Assembly (NCBI RefSeq): GCF_014054945.1
Contig: NZ_CP059566.1
Span: forward strand, 562,036-626,035
Reading direction: 5' to 3'
Origin: Neisseria sicca
Lineage (GTDB): Bacteria > Pseudomonadota > Gammaproteobacteria > Burkholderiales > Neisseriaceae
Length of the DNA: 64,000 bases
Below are positions 1 to 9,617 of this stretch, in pieces (position 1 is the first letter of the stretch; the number at the start of each line of letters is the position of its first letter). The position numbers were made by a program, and so were the translations under genes. The notes under the pieces are model-generated. The model saw nothing but the letters and a program-made list of their open reading frames with translations, was not told the DNA's origin and did not search any database.

Positions 1-215
1 GGCATCGGCCAAACCGGCTTCTTCCAGCATTTCCATGCAGTGCGGCAGCAGGCTCTCGCCAATCACAAAGCGCGGAAAATGCTGTTTTTCCAGCGCGCAT
101 ACTTTGAAGCCCTGTTTGTTAAGCAGGGCGGAGGCAACCGAGCCTGACGGGCCTGCGCCGATGACGGCAACGTCAAATTGGTTGTGGGACTTTCGCAGAT
201 AAATGGTTTGGCATA
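1..215 (-). CDS. FAD-dependent oxidoreductase, N-terminal fragment (gene continues beyond window start)
   Basis: Reverse-strand translation gives ...NQFDVAVIGAGPSGSVASALLNKQGFKVCALEKQHFPRFVIGESLLPHCMEMLEEAGLAD, a GxGxxG FAD/NAD Rossmann motif. No in-frame ATG; the nearby ATG (rc of 213-215) is in another frame, so the start is uncertain or frameshifted. Confidence 0.45.
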
Positions 216-356
216 AAAGCGTAATTATAGAATTTTACAAGGCAGCCTGAAAATGGGGGAATGGAGTTTGAGGCTGCTTTTTGTTGAGTGGGTTGGGCAA
301 TTAATGCACGGATAATGCCCGATTTGCTTTACTTCAATAAAAAAAGCAGTCTGAAA

Positions 357-383
357 GGCCGTCTGAAAACTTTTCAGACGACC
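357..383 (-). terminator. DUS inverted-pair hairpin downstream of the HlyD-family gene
   Basis: ggccgtctgaaaac/ttttcagacgacc inverted DUS copies just 3' of the minus-strand CDS ending at 391. DUS pairs are known rho-independent terminators in Neisseria. Confidence 0.6.
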
Positions 384-390
384 TTTTACC

Positions 391-1545
391 TTACTTCGTA
401 GCAATGTTCACTTCCGCCGACATCCCCGGCGCGAGGCGTTCCAAATCCTGTTGCCCTGCGTCAAATACGATTTTTACGGCGATGCGTTGGGCGATTTTGA
501 CGAAGTTGCCCGTGCCGCTGTCGGCTTTAATCAGGCTGAATTCGGAAGCGGTGGCGGGCGAGATTTCGGCGACTTTGCCGCTGAACGCCTTGCCGCCGAG
601 TGCGTCGATACTCACGCTGGCACTCTGCCCGATTTTCACGTTGGCCATATCGGTTTCTTTGATGTTGGCGATGATCCAGCGTTCGGGCGGCACGACGGAC
701 ATCAGCTGCGTGCCCGCGCTCACAAGCTGCCCTTGTTTTACGCTGACTTCGCCGAGTTTGCCGCTGGCGGGCGCGTAAATCACAGTATGCCCCAAATCCT
801 GTTTTGCCAAGTCCAGCAGGGCTTGCGCGTTGGCGATGCCCGCCTGTGCGCCCTCGCGCCCTACGCCCGTGTTGATGATGTTCTGCTGCGCCACGGCGTA
901 TTGCTCCTGCGCCTGTTTCAGGCCCGCTTCGGCTTGTTTAACGGCGGTTTGCGCGGCATCGCGGCTGCTTTGCGACACGGCATCGGCACTCACCGCCTGT
1001 ATGCGCTGCCATTCGCGGCGGGCGCGGTCAAGCTGGGCGCGGGCGTTGTCAATCGCGGCTTGGTTGGCTTTGGAGACGGCGAGGGCGGAGGCTTTGTCCT
1101 GCGCGGTTTTGTTCAACGCCGCCTGCTGCCCCGCCAGCCCAGCTTCGGCTTGGGCGACTTTGGCGCGGTAGGGCGCGGGGTCGATTTCCACCAGCGGCTG
1201 CCCTGCTTTTACGTTGTCAAAATCGCGCACCAGCACTTTCTGCACATAGCCGCCCACGCGCGGGCTGACGGCGGTTACGCTGCCGCGCACATAGGCGTTG
1301 TTGGTGTAAACCTCGCCCATGCCGAAGGGCGGCAGGCGGAAGGCATACAGGGCAAGCACCACGCCGATTGCGCTGGCGGCGAGTATGCCGATGCTGCCGA
1401 AACGGTGTTTTTCAGGCTGCCATTGGGCGGGCTCTTGCGGCTCGGACGGGGTTTCAGACGACGTTTCAGGCTGCATCTCGGGCTGCGGCACGGCGGTTTT
1501 TGGGGATTCGGTGTCGGGTTGTTCGGGGGTGTCGGGTTGGGACAT
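391..1545 (-). CDS. HlyD-family membrane fusion protein of a tripartite efflux pump (EmrA/FarA-like)
   Basis: 384 aa. Pro/Glu-rich N-terminus, single TM (IGILAASAIGVVLALYAF), long coiled-coil (AQAEAGLAGQQAALNK... repeated), C-terminal beta-barrel region. Adjacent to an inner-membrane transporter gene. Confidence 0.8.
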   Translation of the reverse strand: MSQPDTPEQPDTESPKTAVPQPEMQPETSSETPSEPQEPAQWQPEKHRFGSIGILAASAIGVVLALYAFRLPPFGMGEVYTNNAYVRGSVTAVSPRVGGYVQKVLVRDFDNVKAGQPLVEIDPAPYRAKVAQAEAGLAGQQAALNKTAQDKASALAVSKANQAAIDNARAQLDRARREWQRIQAVSADAVSQSSRDAAQTAVKQAEAGLKQAQEQYAVAQQNIINTGVGREGAQAGIANAQALLDLAKQDLGHTVIYAPASGKLGEVSVKQGQLVSAGTQLMSVVPPERWIIANIKETDMANVKIGQSASVSIDALGGKAFSGKVAEISPATASEFSLIKADSGTGNFVKIAQRIAVKIVFDAGQQDLERLAPGMSAEVNIATK

Positions 1546-1631
1546 TTTTTGCTTTCCGTTGATTTGGGGGTTGATTCGGTTAATGGGTTGGTGCGGTGGT
1601 TTTCAGGCTGCCTTTAATGCCGTCTGAAACA

Positions 1632-3293
1632 CTATTTCCCCAACGCCGCAAACACTTTCGCCTTCTCCGCCGCCAGAATATCAATCTTGTAATAACGGCG
1701 GTACAGCCACAGGGCGACGGCGACGAGGGTCGATACCGCCGCCATCGCCGCCAGCAGCGCGAACAGGTCGCTGTATGCCGCCACCGACGCTTCTTTGCCC
1801 GCCTGCGCGGTGATTTGCGAGACGGCGCGGCCTTGCAGCAGCACCGGGTCGGAGAGGGTGGCGGAGAGGGCGGCGGCGTTGCGCTGGATGTCGGCGGCGA
1901 GCGCGGGGTTGGAGAGGGTCAGGTTTTGCGCGATGGCGGCGAGGTGGTCGCGGGTGCGGTAAGTTAAAAACGCGCTGAATGCCGCCGCACCCGCCAGCCC
2001 GCCGAGGGTTTGCGACAGGCCGAACACGGCGGAGAAGCTCATCATGTGGTCGGGGCTTTTCGCCAGCGCGCGCAGTGCGCCTTCAAGCATCATCGGCCCC
2101 ATAAACAGCAGCGAGGCAAAGGCAACGATAAACTGGCTGAAATAAAGTTGCGCGGGGCGGGTCTGCATGCCCACGCCGATTTCCAGCCACGCACCGAGGG
2201 CGAAACAGGCGAGCGCAACCATCACGGGGCGGCGGATGTCGTTGATATCCAGCAAAATCAGGCTGCCGACCACACCCGCCAGCATTCCGCCCGCAACAAT
2301 CAGGTAAAACGTGCTCATCTGCGCGCTGCCCACGCCCACCGCGCCCATCAGCCCCGCCGCGCCGACGGTCTGCTCCGAGGTCAAGAGCCGCGCCATCACG
2401 CCCATCACGGCGAAGATGAGGATTTGCGGCACGGTCATCCAGTGCCAGTCCAGCATCGGCTTGTGCCGCGTCGATTCGATGTACAACGCCAGCCCCGTCA
2501 GCCCCACACCGCCCGCGAGCAGCCAGCCGAGCCACTGCGTCGTCCACCACACCGTGCGCCCCTGCACGAGAAAGGCGCACAACAGCGCGATGCCGGAGGC
2601 GAACAGGGTAAAGCTGAGCGCGTCGGTCAGCGTGAACGATTTGCGCACGGTGATGCCGGGCGGCAGCGGCAGGGCGAACAGGCAGGCGGTGCAGGCGAGC
2701 GCGAGGGTAGCCTGAAAGGCGAACACGCCGTTGAGGTCGCCGTCGCCATACAGCAGCGGCACGAGGCTCTGCGCCAGCGGCGTGCCGACCTGCATCAGAC
2801 CCAGCCCGAACACCAGCCCGACCAGCTTTTTCGTGCCGGTAAAGCCCTGCATCATGTAGTAAATCGACAGCACCAGCAGGCCGCTGGCGGCGATTGCGGC
2901 GGCAACACACGCGATGAGTTCCACTTCGTAATGGTGATAAACCAGTTGCAGTAGGCTGGCGGCAAGCTGGGCGAACAGGGTGATGCGGACGAAGCGTTGC
3001 AGGCCATACGCCTTGCGGACTTTGAAAAAGAGGACGCTCATGCAGGCGTAAGCCATGAAATACGCCGCCTGAATCCAGCCGCCCTGCTGCAAATCGAGCG
3101 ACAAATCGCCGCGCAGCTGCGGCAGCGAGGCGGTGAGCAGCCCGTTTTGGAAGCCCGACGACAGCGCGAGTAATAAACCGATGGCAAGATACGCGAGCCG
3201 CCGCTTTTTCGGATGCTCGGGCGAGGCGGGCGAACCCGGCATAAAGGGCATTTCATGCGGCTTGAAGGTGTAGCCGCCGGATTGCAGGGGCAT
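1632..3293 (-). CDS. polytopic inner-membrane efflux transporter (MFS-type, EmrB/FarB-like by context; a FUSC-like family is not excluded)
   Basis: 553 aa, about 12-14 predicted TM helices, placed immediately upstream of (and in operon with) the HlyD-family gene. Start may be the internal MPFMPG Met. Confidence 0.6.
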   Translation of the reverse strand: MPLQSGGYTFKPHEMPFMPGSPASPEHPKKRRLAYLAIGLLLALSSGFQNGLLTASLPQLRGDLSLDLQQGGWIQAAYFMAYACMSVLFFKVRKAYGLQRFVRITLFAQLAASLLQLVYHHYEVELIACVAAAIAASGLLVLSIYYMMQGFTGTKKLVGLVFGLGLMQVGTPLAQSLVPLLYGDGDLNGVFAFQATLALACTACLFALPLPPGITVRKSFTLTDALSFTLFASGIALLCAFLVQGRTVWWTTQWLGWLLAGGVGLTGLALYIESTRHKPMLDWHWMTVPQILIFAVMGVMARLLTSEQTVGAAGLMGAVGVGSAQMSTFYLIVAGGMLAGVVGSLILLDINDIRRPVMVALACFALGAWLEIGVGMQTRPAQLYFSQFIVAFASLLFMGPMMLEGALRALAKSPDHMMSFSAVFGLSQTLGGLAGAAAFSAFLTYRTRDHLAAIAQNLTLSNPALAADIQRNAAALSATLSDPVLLQGRAVSQITAQAGKEASVAAYSDLFALLAAMAAVSTLVAVALWLYRRYYKIDILAAEKAKVFAALGK

Positions 3294-3345
3294 GGGGTTT
3301 CCTTTGGTGGGGTGGACGGGACAAAGTTTTAGATTTTTAGGCTAC

Positions 3346-4250
3346 CTCAGCTGTAGAAAATAACCGCATTGTTTACACCACAGGTTGAGAAAAGTAAGCC
3401 TGCAAGACCTCAAACGGCGTATCGCCGCCCAGACTACCGTGCGGCTTCACGGTGTTATAAAAGTTCGCAAATCGGCACAGCTCCTTTTGCCGGTGTTCCC
3501 GACTGTCAAAACTCTGCTTTTCGTGCCACATTTCCATAATCGTCCGAATAACCCTCTCGGCTTTGCCGTTGGTCTGCGGACGGGCTGGACGGGTAAACTT
3601 TTGATTGATGCCGTTTTCATAACAGGCAGTACCGAAAGCATGACTTGCCCCGCCTTTATATTCGCTGCCGTTGTCCGAATACACGCACTCGATCAAATAG
3701 GGGCAGGGTTCGATGACTTGTTCCGTTAGGAACTTGGCCGCACTGTCTGCGGTTTTGTCCGGCAGGATGGCGGCATACAGTTCTCTTGAGAAATCATCAA
3801 TGGCGACAAACAGGTAATCTCGTTTGTCGGTGGCTTTCTGACCTTTGAGCAGCGGCAGCCGTTTGGTATCGAGATGTACCAGCTCTCCGGGGTAGGATTT
3901 ATTGTAGCGTTTGGCCTGCCTTTTGAGTTTTTTCTGAATGCTGCGTTCTACCTTGGCTAGGCGTTTCATTCCGTACTTTGCCTGTTTGAAACGGTTGTTG
4001 GTGCTGGTTTGGGGTTTGAGCAGCCTACCCCTTGCGGCTTTAAGTGCGCGATAGATGGTGACACGGCTGACTTGGTAACGCCGTGCCAATGAGCTTACGC
4101 TTTCCTTCTCCTGTGTGTATGCTGTCCAAATGGCTTGGCGGTGGTGCGGGGTGAGGCGGGTATTTTTGTGCATGTTCATGTCAGTATTCTCCTGAAATAC
4201 TGTAAACAACGCTAGGGATTTCTACACCTTATTTGTCCGCCGCAAAACCT
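3346..4250 (-). mobile_element. IS1655-like insertion sequence (IS30 family), copy 1
   Basis: Transposase with the IS30-family DDE region (HLDTK...DNGSEY...NGKAERV). Terminal sequences (tgtagaaa...) match the second copy at 14807-15700 in inverted orientation. Confidence 0.75.
3373..4179 (-). CDS. IS30-family transposase (IS1655-like)
   Basis: MNMHKNTRLTPHHRQAIW...HTH N-terminus, DDE catalytic core. About 90% identical to the ORF at 14857-15663. Start set at the MNMHK Met, as in copy 2. Confidence 0.85.
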   Translation of the reverse strand: MNMHKNTRLTPHHRQAIWTAYTQEKESVSSLARRYQVSRVTIYRALKAARGRLLKPQTSTNNRFKQAKYGMKRLAKVERSIQKKLKRQAKRYNKSYPGELVHLDTKRLPLLKGQKATDKRDYLFVAIDDFSRELYAAILPDKTADSAAKFLTEQVIEPCPYLIECVYSDNGSEYKGGASHAFGTACYENGINQKFTRPARPQTNGKAERVIRTIMEMWHEKQSFDSREHRQKELCRFANFYNTVKPHGSLGGDTPFEVLQAYFSQPVV

Positions 4251-5659
4251 CCGCCAAAGGCGGTATTTAACGCCAGCCACGCGGTAAATAGCTTCGCCTG
4301 TGCCTGCGCCAGTTGCGCTTCGTTTTGCAGGGTTTCGTCCTGCGCGGCGAGCCAGTCAAGCTTGTTGTCCAGCCCCGCGCGGTAGCGGCTTTGCGCGGCG
4401 GCGGCGTTTTTGCGGGCCAGCGCGGTCATCTCGGTTTGGTCGCGCACGGCTGCGGCAGCGGTTTCGTATTGCGTCAGCGCGTCGGCCGCCTCGCGCAGGG
4501 CGGTGTAAACGTTTTTGTTGTAACGCGCCGCCTGCTCGTCAAACTCGGCTTCCTTGCGCGACAGGTTCGCCCGCAACGTGCCGGAAGTAAAAATCGGTAG
4601 GCTCACGCTCGGCAGCAGTCCGGCGAGAAACGACGACGAATGCGGCAGGTTGCCGATTTCCACATTGGACAAGCCGGCCAGCGCCTTGATGGTAATGTTC
4701 GGATAAAACTCGGTTTTCGCGCTGGCAACCAGATGGCGGCGGGCGGTCAGTGCCTCGCGCTGCGCCGCCAAATCGGGGCGTTTGCCGAGCAAATCGGCGG
4801 TGAGCTGCGACACGGGCGGTGCGGGGGTGGTGGTGGCGGGATTGGGCGTGAAAGTGTCCAACGCCTGCGCCGGTTGTCCTGTCAGCGCGGCAAGCGCGTG
4901 GCGCACTTGGGCAATATTGCCGTCCAAATCTGACAAGGCAGCCTGAAAACGGCTGTTGCCCTGTTGCACGGCATAGAGTTTGCTCGGTGCAAGTTGTCCT
5001 GCGCGAATCAGCTCGCGCACCACCTGCTCGCGTTCGCGATTCAACTGCGCCCGCTGCGCCACGCGCTGCCGCGTTTCCAGCAGCAACTGCCATTGGCGGT
5101 AATACGTCGCCACGCCCTGCGCCAGCAGCAGCCGCGTCTGCGCGATTTCGTATTCCACGGCGCGTTGCTGCCCCAGCGCAGCTTCCAGCTGGTGCTTGTA
5201 TTTGCCGAACACATCGGGCGACCATTGCCCTTGCAGTTGCAGCGATTCATAAGTGATATTGGTGCCGTGGTCGCCCAGCAGCCGCTTTTCCAAATCGCTG
5301 ATGAGTTCGGGCTTCTCGCGCTCGTTTACGCCGTCGCGGTGCAGCAGTGCGCCGCTCAGCCCCAATCCAATCTTCACGCCGCGCTGCGAATCCGCCAAAT
5401 CCGCCCCCGCCTGCGCCTGCCGCAAGCGCGCCTGTGCCGCCGCCAAATCGGGCGAACGCGCGAGGGCGGTGTCAATCAGGCTGTCGAGCTTGGCATCGTT
5501 GAGCGCACGCCACCATTGCGGCGCAATCGGCGGCTGCGAGCTGGCGGGCAGACCGAGCGTTTCGGCGGTTTCCACGGCGGCGGGGGTGTGCTTGGGATGA
5601 GTGGCGCAGCCCGAAAACAGTGCGGCACAGAGGAAAAATAAAGGGAAGCGTTTGAACAT
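4229..5659 (-). CDS. efflux outer-membrane lipoprotein, NodT/OprM family
   Basis: Real start MFKRFPLFFLCAALFSGC (lipobox LFSGC) at 5659. The six-frame ORF is extended upstream artefactually. Two OEP repeats with conserved coiled segments; C-terminus ...GGGFAADK. Confidence 0.8.
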   Translation of the reverse strand: MFKRFPLFFLCAALFSGCATHPKHTPAAVETAETLGLPASSQPPIAPQWWRALNDAKLDSLIDTALARSPDLAAAQARLRQAQAGADLADSQRGVKIGLGLSGALLHRDGVNEREKPELISDLEKRLLGDHGTNITYESLQLQGQWSPDVFGKYKHQLEAALGQQRAVEYEIAQTRLLLAQGVATYYRQWQLLLETRQRVAQRAQLNREREQVVRELIRAGQLAPSKLYAVQQGNSRFQAALSDLDGNIAQVRHALAALTGQPAQALDTFTPNPATTTPAPPVSQLTADLLGKRPDLAAQREALTARRHLVASAKTEFYPNITIKALAGLSNVEIGNLPHSSSFLAGLLPSVSLPIFTSGTLRANLSRKEAEFDEQAARYNKNVYTALREAADALTQYETAAAAVRDQTEMTALARKNAAAAQSRYRAGLDNKLDWLAAQDETLQNEAQLAQAQAKLFTAWLALNTAFGGGFAADK

Positions 5660-5877
5660 TTTGAAATATATATAAACAGGAATCGGGATGATTATAACGA
5701 AAAACGTATCGGGCGGGGGTTGGAAAACTTCAACGCAAAAGGCAGAGACCTTTGCAAAATTCCTTTTCCCCCAACAGCCGAAACCCAAACACAGGTTTTC
5801 GTCTATTTCCGCTCCTAATTACTCCTGATTTTACCCAAATACCCCCTTAATCCTCCCCGGATACCCGATAATCAGGC

Positions 5878-6962
5878 ATCCGGGCCGCCTTTTAGGCGGC
5901 AACAGGCACACTTAGCCTGTTAGCCGCTTTCAACAGGTTCAAACACATCGCCTTCAGATGGCTTTGCGCACTCACTTTGAGCAGACCAAAATAGGCTGCC
6001 CGGGCGTAGCGGAATTTACGGTGCAGCGTACCGAAGCTTTGTTCGACCACATAACGGGTCTTCGACAAATATCGGTTGCGTTTGGTTTGCGCCTCCGTCA
6101 GCGGACGGTTGCGGTGGGCTTTGCGCATAATGCCGTCTAACAACTGATGCTCTTTCAGATGTTGCCGGTTTTCCTTGCTGTCGTAGCCTTTGTCGGCATA
6201 GACGGTCGTACCTTCGGCAATGCCTTCCAACAAAGACGACAGATGGTTGCACTCATGGACATTGGCGGGGGTAATCTGCAGTTTCCCGATATAGCCTTCC
6301 TCATCGGTACGGGTATGTTGTTTGTAACCGAGTCTGTATAAACCGTTTTTCTTTGTCTAACGGGCATCTTTATCTTTGCTCGGTGTGGTTTGGCCGCTGA
6401 CTTGCCCTTCTTCATCGACTTCTATGGCCTGACGCTGTTTGCTGCCGGCGGTCTGAATAATGGTGGCATCAATGACGGCGGCGGATGCCTTCTCTACTTT
6501 TAGGTTTTTTTCGGCCAGTTGTCGGTTAATCAGTTCCGGCAATTCGGACAAGGTGTCGTCTTGCGCCAGCCAGTTGCGGTAGCGGCATAAGGTGCTGTAA
6601 TCGGGGATGCTCAGTTCGTCAAAACGGCAAAACAGGTTGAAGTCGATGCGGGTGATGAGGCTGTGTTCGAGTTCGGGATCGGAGAGGCTGTGCCATTGTC
6701 CGAGCAGGACGGCTTTGAACATGGACAACAGGGGATAGGCGGGACGGCCGCGGTGGTCTCTAAGGTAACGGGTTCTTTGACGATTCAGGTATTGTTCGAT
6801 CGGCTGCCAATCAATCACCTGATCCAACTTCAATAGTGGGAAGCGGTCGATGTGTTTGGCAATCATGGCTTGGGCGGTTTGCTGGAAGAAGGTGCTCATG
6901 AGAAATCCCCTAAATGTCTTGGTGGGAATTTAGGGGATTTTGGGGAATTTTGCAAAGGTCTC
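5878..6962 (-). mobile_element. IS1106-like element (IS5 family), copy A, transposase inactivated
   Basis: Ends ...gccgcctaaaaggcggcccggat and gagaaatcccctaaatgtcttggtggg...ttgcaaaggtctc. Transposase reading frame is interrupted. Confidence 0.75.
5892..6899 (-). pseudogene. IS1106 transposase pseudogene (single in-frame TAG, W->stop)
   Basis: ORFs 6357-6899 and 5892-6233 are in the same frame (1008 nt). The intact copy at 14338 reads gcccgttggacaaag, whereas here the sequence is gcccgttagacaaag. TGG->TAG at 6357-6359. Confidence 0.8.
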
Positions 6963-6992
6963 AATCCGCCTGTGTCAATAAAAGTGTAAAAA

Positions 6993-7023
6993 AGAGAAAC
7001 CTTATTTTATAAGGTTTCTCTCA
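6993..7023. repeat. stem-loop repeat agagaaacctta..taaggtttctct (copy 1 of 2)
   Basis: Perfect 12-bp inverted repeat. The same ~45-bp sequence (gtgtaaaaaagagaaacctt...ataaggtttctct) recurs at 23293-23337, where it acts as the ssb terminator. Confidence 0.6.
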
Positions 7024-7439
7024 TTTTTTTGTGTTATATTTTACAATATTTAATTATATGTAACTCAAAATGGTTGTTTCTATATTATAAAAAAATGTAA
7101 ATTGTATAATCGCTCAAAATCAATTAGTTGATTTTAATATTTCAATTTATCGCATAAATATGTAAAAATAAAGTGAAAAAGACCAAATTTTAGATCTTAT
7201 TTTTTACACGGCGTTATAATCTCGCGCACATTTTGTCACTATTTCGCTATCGTTTTGTCATCGCGCAATGACAAAATGGCTGCAAAGCGATATGCCAATC
7301 AACATCAAAACGCTCCATAGCAGCTCTGAACAGCAATTTGATAAAAGCATAAGGAATATCGCAAATACTTTACCGCCAAATTCCTTCCTATACACCGAGA
7401 TCTTTGCAAAATCCCCCTAAACTCCCACCAAGACATTTA

Positions 7440-7996
7440 GAGGATTTTCCATCGCTTCCCACTATTGAAGTTGGATCAAGTGATTGATTGGCAACCGATC
7501 GAACAGTACCTGAATCGTCAAAGAACCCGCTACCTTAGAGACCATCGTGGCCGTCCCGCCTATCCACTGCTGTCCATGTTCAAAGCCGTCCTGCTCGGAC
7601 AATGGCACAGCCTCTCTGATCCCGAACTCGAACACAGCCTCATCACCCGCATCGACTTCAACCTGTTTTGCCGTTTTGACGAACTGAGCATCCCCGATTA
7701 CAGCACCTTATGCCGCTACCGCAACTGGCTGGCGCAAGACGACACCCTGTCCGAATTGCTGGAACTGATTAACCGCCAACTGACCGAAAAAGGCCTAAAA
7801 ATAGAGAAAGCATCCGCCGCCGTCATTGACGCCACCATTATTCAAACTGCCGGCAGCAAACAGCGTCAGGCTATAGAAGTCGATGAAGAAGGACAAGTCA
7901 GCGGCCAAACCACACCGAGTAAGGACAAAGATGCCCGTTGGACAAAGAAAAACGGCCTCTACAAACTTGGTTACAAACAACATACCCGCACCGATT
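7440..7996 (+). mobile_element. IS1106-like element copy C, 3'-truncated
   Basis: Left end gagatctttgcaaaatccccctaaactcccaccaagacatttag. Transposase N-terminal 177 aa are identical in pattern to the other copies up to ...YKQHTRTD. Homology stops at 7996 and the ORF then runs into unrelated sequence. Confidence 0.75.
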
Positions 7997-8055
7997 CTGA
8001 AATCGCTTTCAGACGGCATTTCCGTATCAAGTGCGGTCGTTTTACAACCAGTTTT

Positions 8056-9399
8056 TTAGCAGCCCGCGAACAAATCGTTCAGCCCTTCGGCGATGGTCGG
8101 GTGGGTGAAGATTTGGTTTTTGATGTAGGTGGCGGGGATGCGGTGATCGATCGCCATTTTGAACAGGTTGATAATCTCGTGCGCTTCGGCGCAGAACAGG
8201 GTTACACCGAGAATTTCGCCGCTGTGCGCGTCCACCACGGCTTTGAGCAGGCCGTCGGTTTGGTTGAGGATTTTGGCTTTCGGAATTGCGTCGGCTTTCA
8301 GTTTCAACACTTTCACCTCGCGCCCCGATTGCTGCGCGGCGGTTTCGGTTAAGCCGATATGAGCGAGCGGCGGCTCGGTAAAGGTGGCGGTCGGGAACGG
8401 GGTGCGGTCGGCGCGGTTGCGTTTGCCGTCGCCGAAAAGCTGTTCGCGCACGATGCGGTAGTCGTCGAGCGAGATGTAGGTGAACATCGGGCTGCCCGCC
8501 ACGTCGCCCATCGCCCAGATGTGGTTTTTGCCTTGCACGCGCAGATGGTCGTCAACGAGGATGAAGCCGCGCTGGTCGGTTTTGATGCCCGCGTTTGTCA
8601 GACCCAATCCTTGCGTGTTCGGCACGCGCCCCACGCCCACCAACACCGCGTCGGCGGTAAATTCGCCTTGCGACGTGATGACGCTGGTGTCCGCCGTATT
8701 GTCGCGGAACGCTTCAATCTTCACGCCTTGCAACACCTTGATGCCTTTGCTGTTTAATACGCGCAGCATTTCTTCGGCGATGTCGCGATCTTCACGCGGC
8801 AGGAAGCGGTCGCCGCCGTCGAGAATGGTGATTTCGCTGCCGAAAGCGTGGAACATAAAGGCAAATTCCAAGCCGATGTAGCCGCCGCCGATGATGACGA
8901 GGCGGCGCGGGCGTTCGTTCAGCGCGAGCACACCGGTGCTGTCCAGTACGCGCGGGCTGTCTTCGCCCGCCACACCCAGGCGGCGCGGGGTGGCACCGGT
9001 GTTGATGAAAATGCGTTCGGCGGTAAGGGTTTGCTCGCCGCCGTCTGGGTCAGTCAGTTTGACCGTGCGATCGTCGAGAAACTCGGCGCGCGCGTTGAGC
9101 ACGGTTACGCCGTCCAGATTGTCCAGTTTGGCGAAATTGGCGGCGCGCAATTTCGGAATCAGGGTGTTTTTCGCGTTCATCGCCGCCGCAAACACTGCCG
9201 CTTTGTCGGCGTTATGCCCGCGCTGCTCGCTCTCGACAATCAGTTTTTTGCTGGGAATACAGCCGATGTTGATGCAAGTGCCGCCGTACATCTGCGCCGA
9301 CTGTTCCACCAGCACGACCTGCTGCCCGTGTTTCGCCAAATCTGCCGCCAGCGTTTTGCCCGCTTTGCCAAAGCCGATAATAAGATTTTGTGTGTGCAT
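8056..9399 (-). CDS. pyridine nucleotide-disulfide oxidoreductase (class I, RclA/YkgC-like or dihydrolipoamide-dehydrogenase-like)
   Basis: Start MHTQNLIIGFGKAGK (GxGxxG), redox-active CxxxxC (GGTCINIGCIPSK), second NAD-binding GxGxxG (VIIGGGYIGLE), C-terminal dimerisation domain. The six-frame ORF's upstream extension translates the IS1106-end remnant. Confidence 0.8.
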   Translation of the reverse strand: MHTQNLIIGFGKAGKTLAADLAKHGQQVVLVEQSAQMYGGTCINIGCIPSKKLIVESEQRGHNADKAAVFAAAMNAKNTLIPKLRAANFAKLDNLDGVTVLNARAEFLDDRTVKLTDPDGGEQTLTAERIFINTGATPRRLGVAGEDSPRVLDSTGVLALNERPRRLVIIGGGYIGLEFAFMFHAFGSEITILDGGDRFLPREDRDIAEEMLRVLNSKGIKVLQGVKIEAFRDNTADTSVITSQGEFTADAVLVGVGRVPNTQGLGLTNAGIKTDQRGFILVDDHLRVQGKNHIWAMGDVAGSPMFTYISLDDYRIVREQLFGDGKRNRADRTPFPTATFTEPPLAHIGLTETAAQQSGREVKVLKLKADAIPKAKILNQTDGLLKAVVDAHSGEILGVTLFCAEAHEIINLFKMAIDHRIPATYIKNQIFTHPTIAEGLNDLFAGC

Positions 9400-9460
9400 A
9401 ATTTGTCTCTGTGAAATGATGGATTGCGCGCCAATTATATACCTTATCGATTTATTTTTA

Positions 9461-9530
9461 CATGAGACCTTTGCAAAATCCCCCAAAATCCCACCAAGAC
9501 ATTTAGGGGATTTTGGGGGATTTTGCAAAG
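9461..9530. repeat. solo IS1106-terminus-derived miniature palindromic element
   Basis: tgagacctttgcaaaatcccccaaaatcccaccaagacatttagggga matches the IS1106 left end. It is followed by the inverted partner ggggattttgcaaagttctca. No transposase is present. Confidence 0.6.
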
Positions 9531-9535
9531 TTCTC

Positions 9536-9580
9536 AGGCCGTCTGAAACCCGGAATTAGGTTTTCAGACGGCCTTTTTTG
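9536..9580 (-). terminator. DUS inverted-pair terminator downstream of the LysR gene
   Basis: aggccgtctgaaacc...ggttttcagacggcct followed by a T-tract. Confidence 0.65.
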
Positions 9581-9617
9581 TTTTTCAGGCAGCTTTTTTG
9601 GAATGGCCGGCGGCATC

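Noticed and set aside
451-1617. 388-aa plus-strand ORF (and many other 60-300 aa ORFs) antisense to the HlyD, transporter, OMP, oxidoreductase, LysR and other genes
   Set aside because: These ORFs are Gly/Arg/Ala-rich with no motifs, and they lie fully inside better-supported genes on the opposite strand. They are typical spurious antisense ORFs in GC-rich DNA.
7997-8352. C-terminal 118 aa of the 295-aa ORF starting at 7465
   Set aside because: Beyond 7996 the IS1106 homology stops. The reading frame runs antisense through the 3' end of the oxidoreductase gene. It is a fusion artefact of the truncated IS.
8056-9528. N-terminal 43-aa extension of the oxidoreductase ORF as given in the six-frame track
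   Set aside because: The extension (…KSPKCLGGILGDFAKVS…) is simply a translation of the IS1106-end repeat (ggggattttgcaaagg). The true start is the Met before the GxGxxG motif at 9399.
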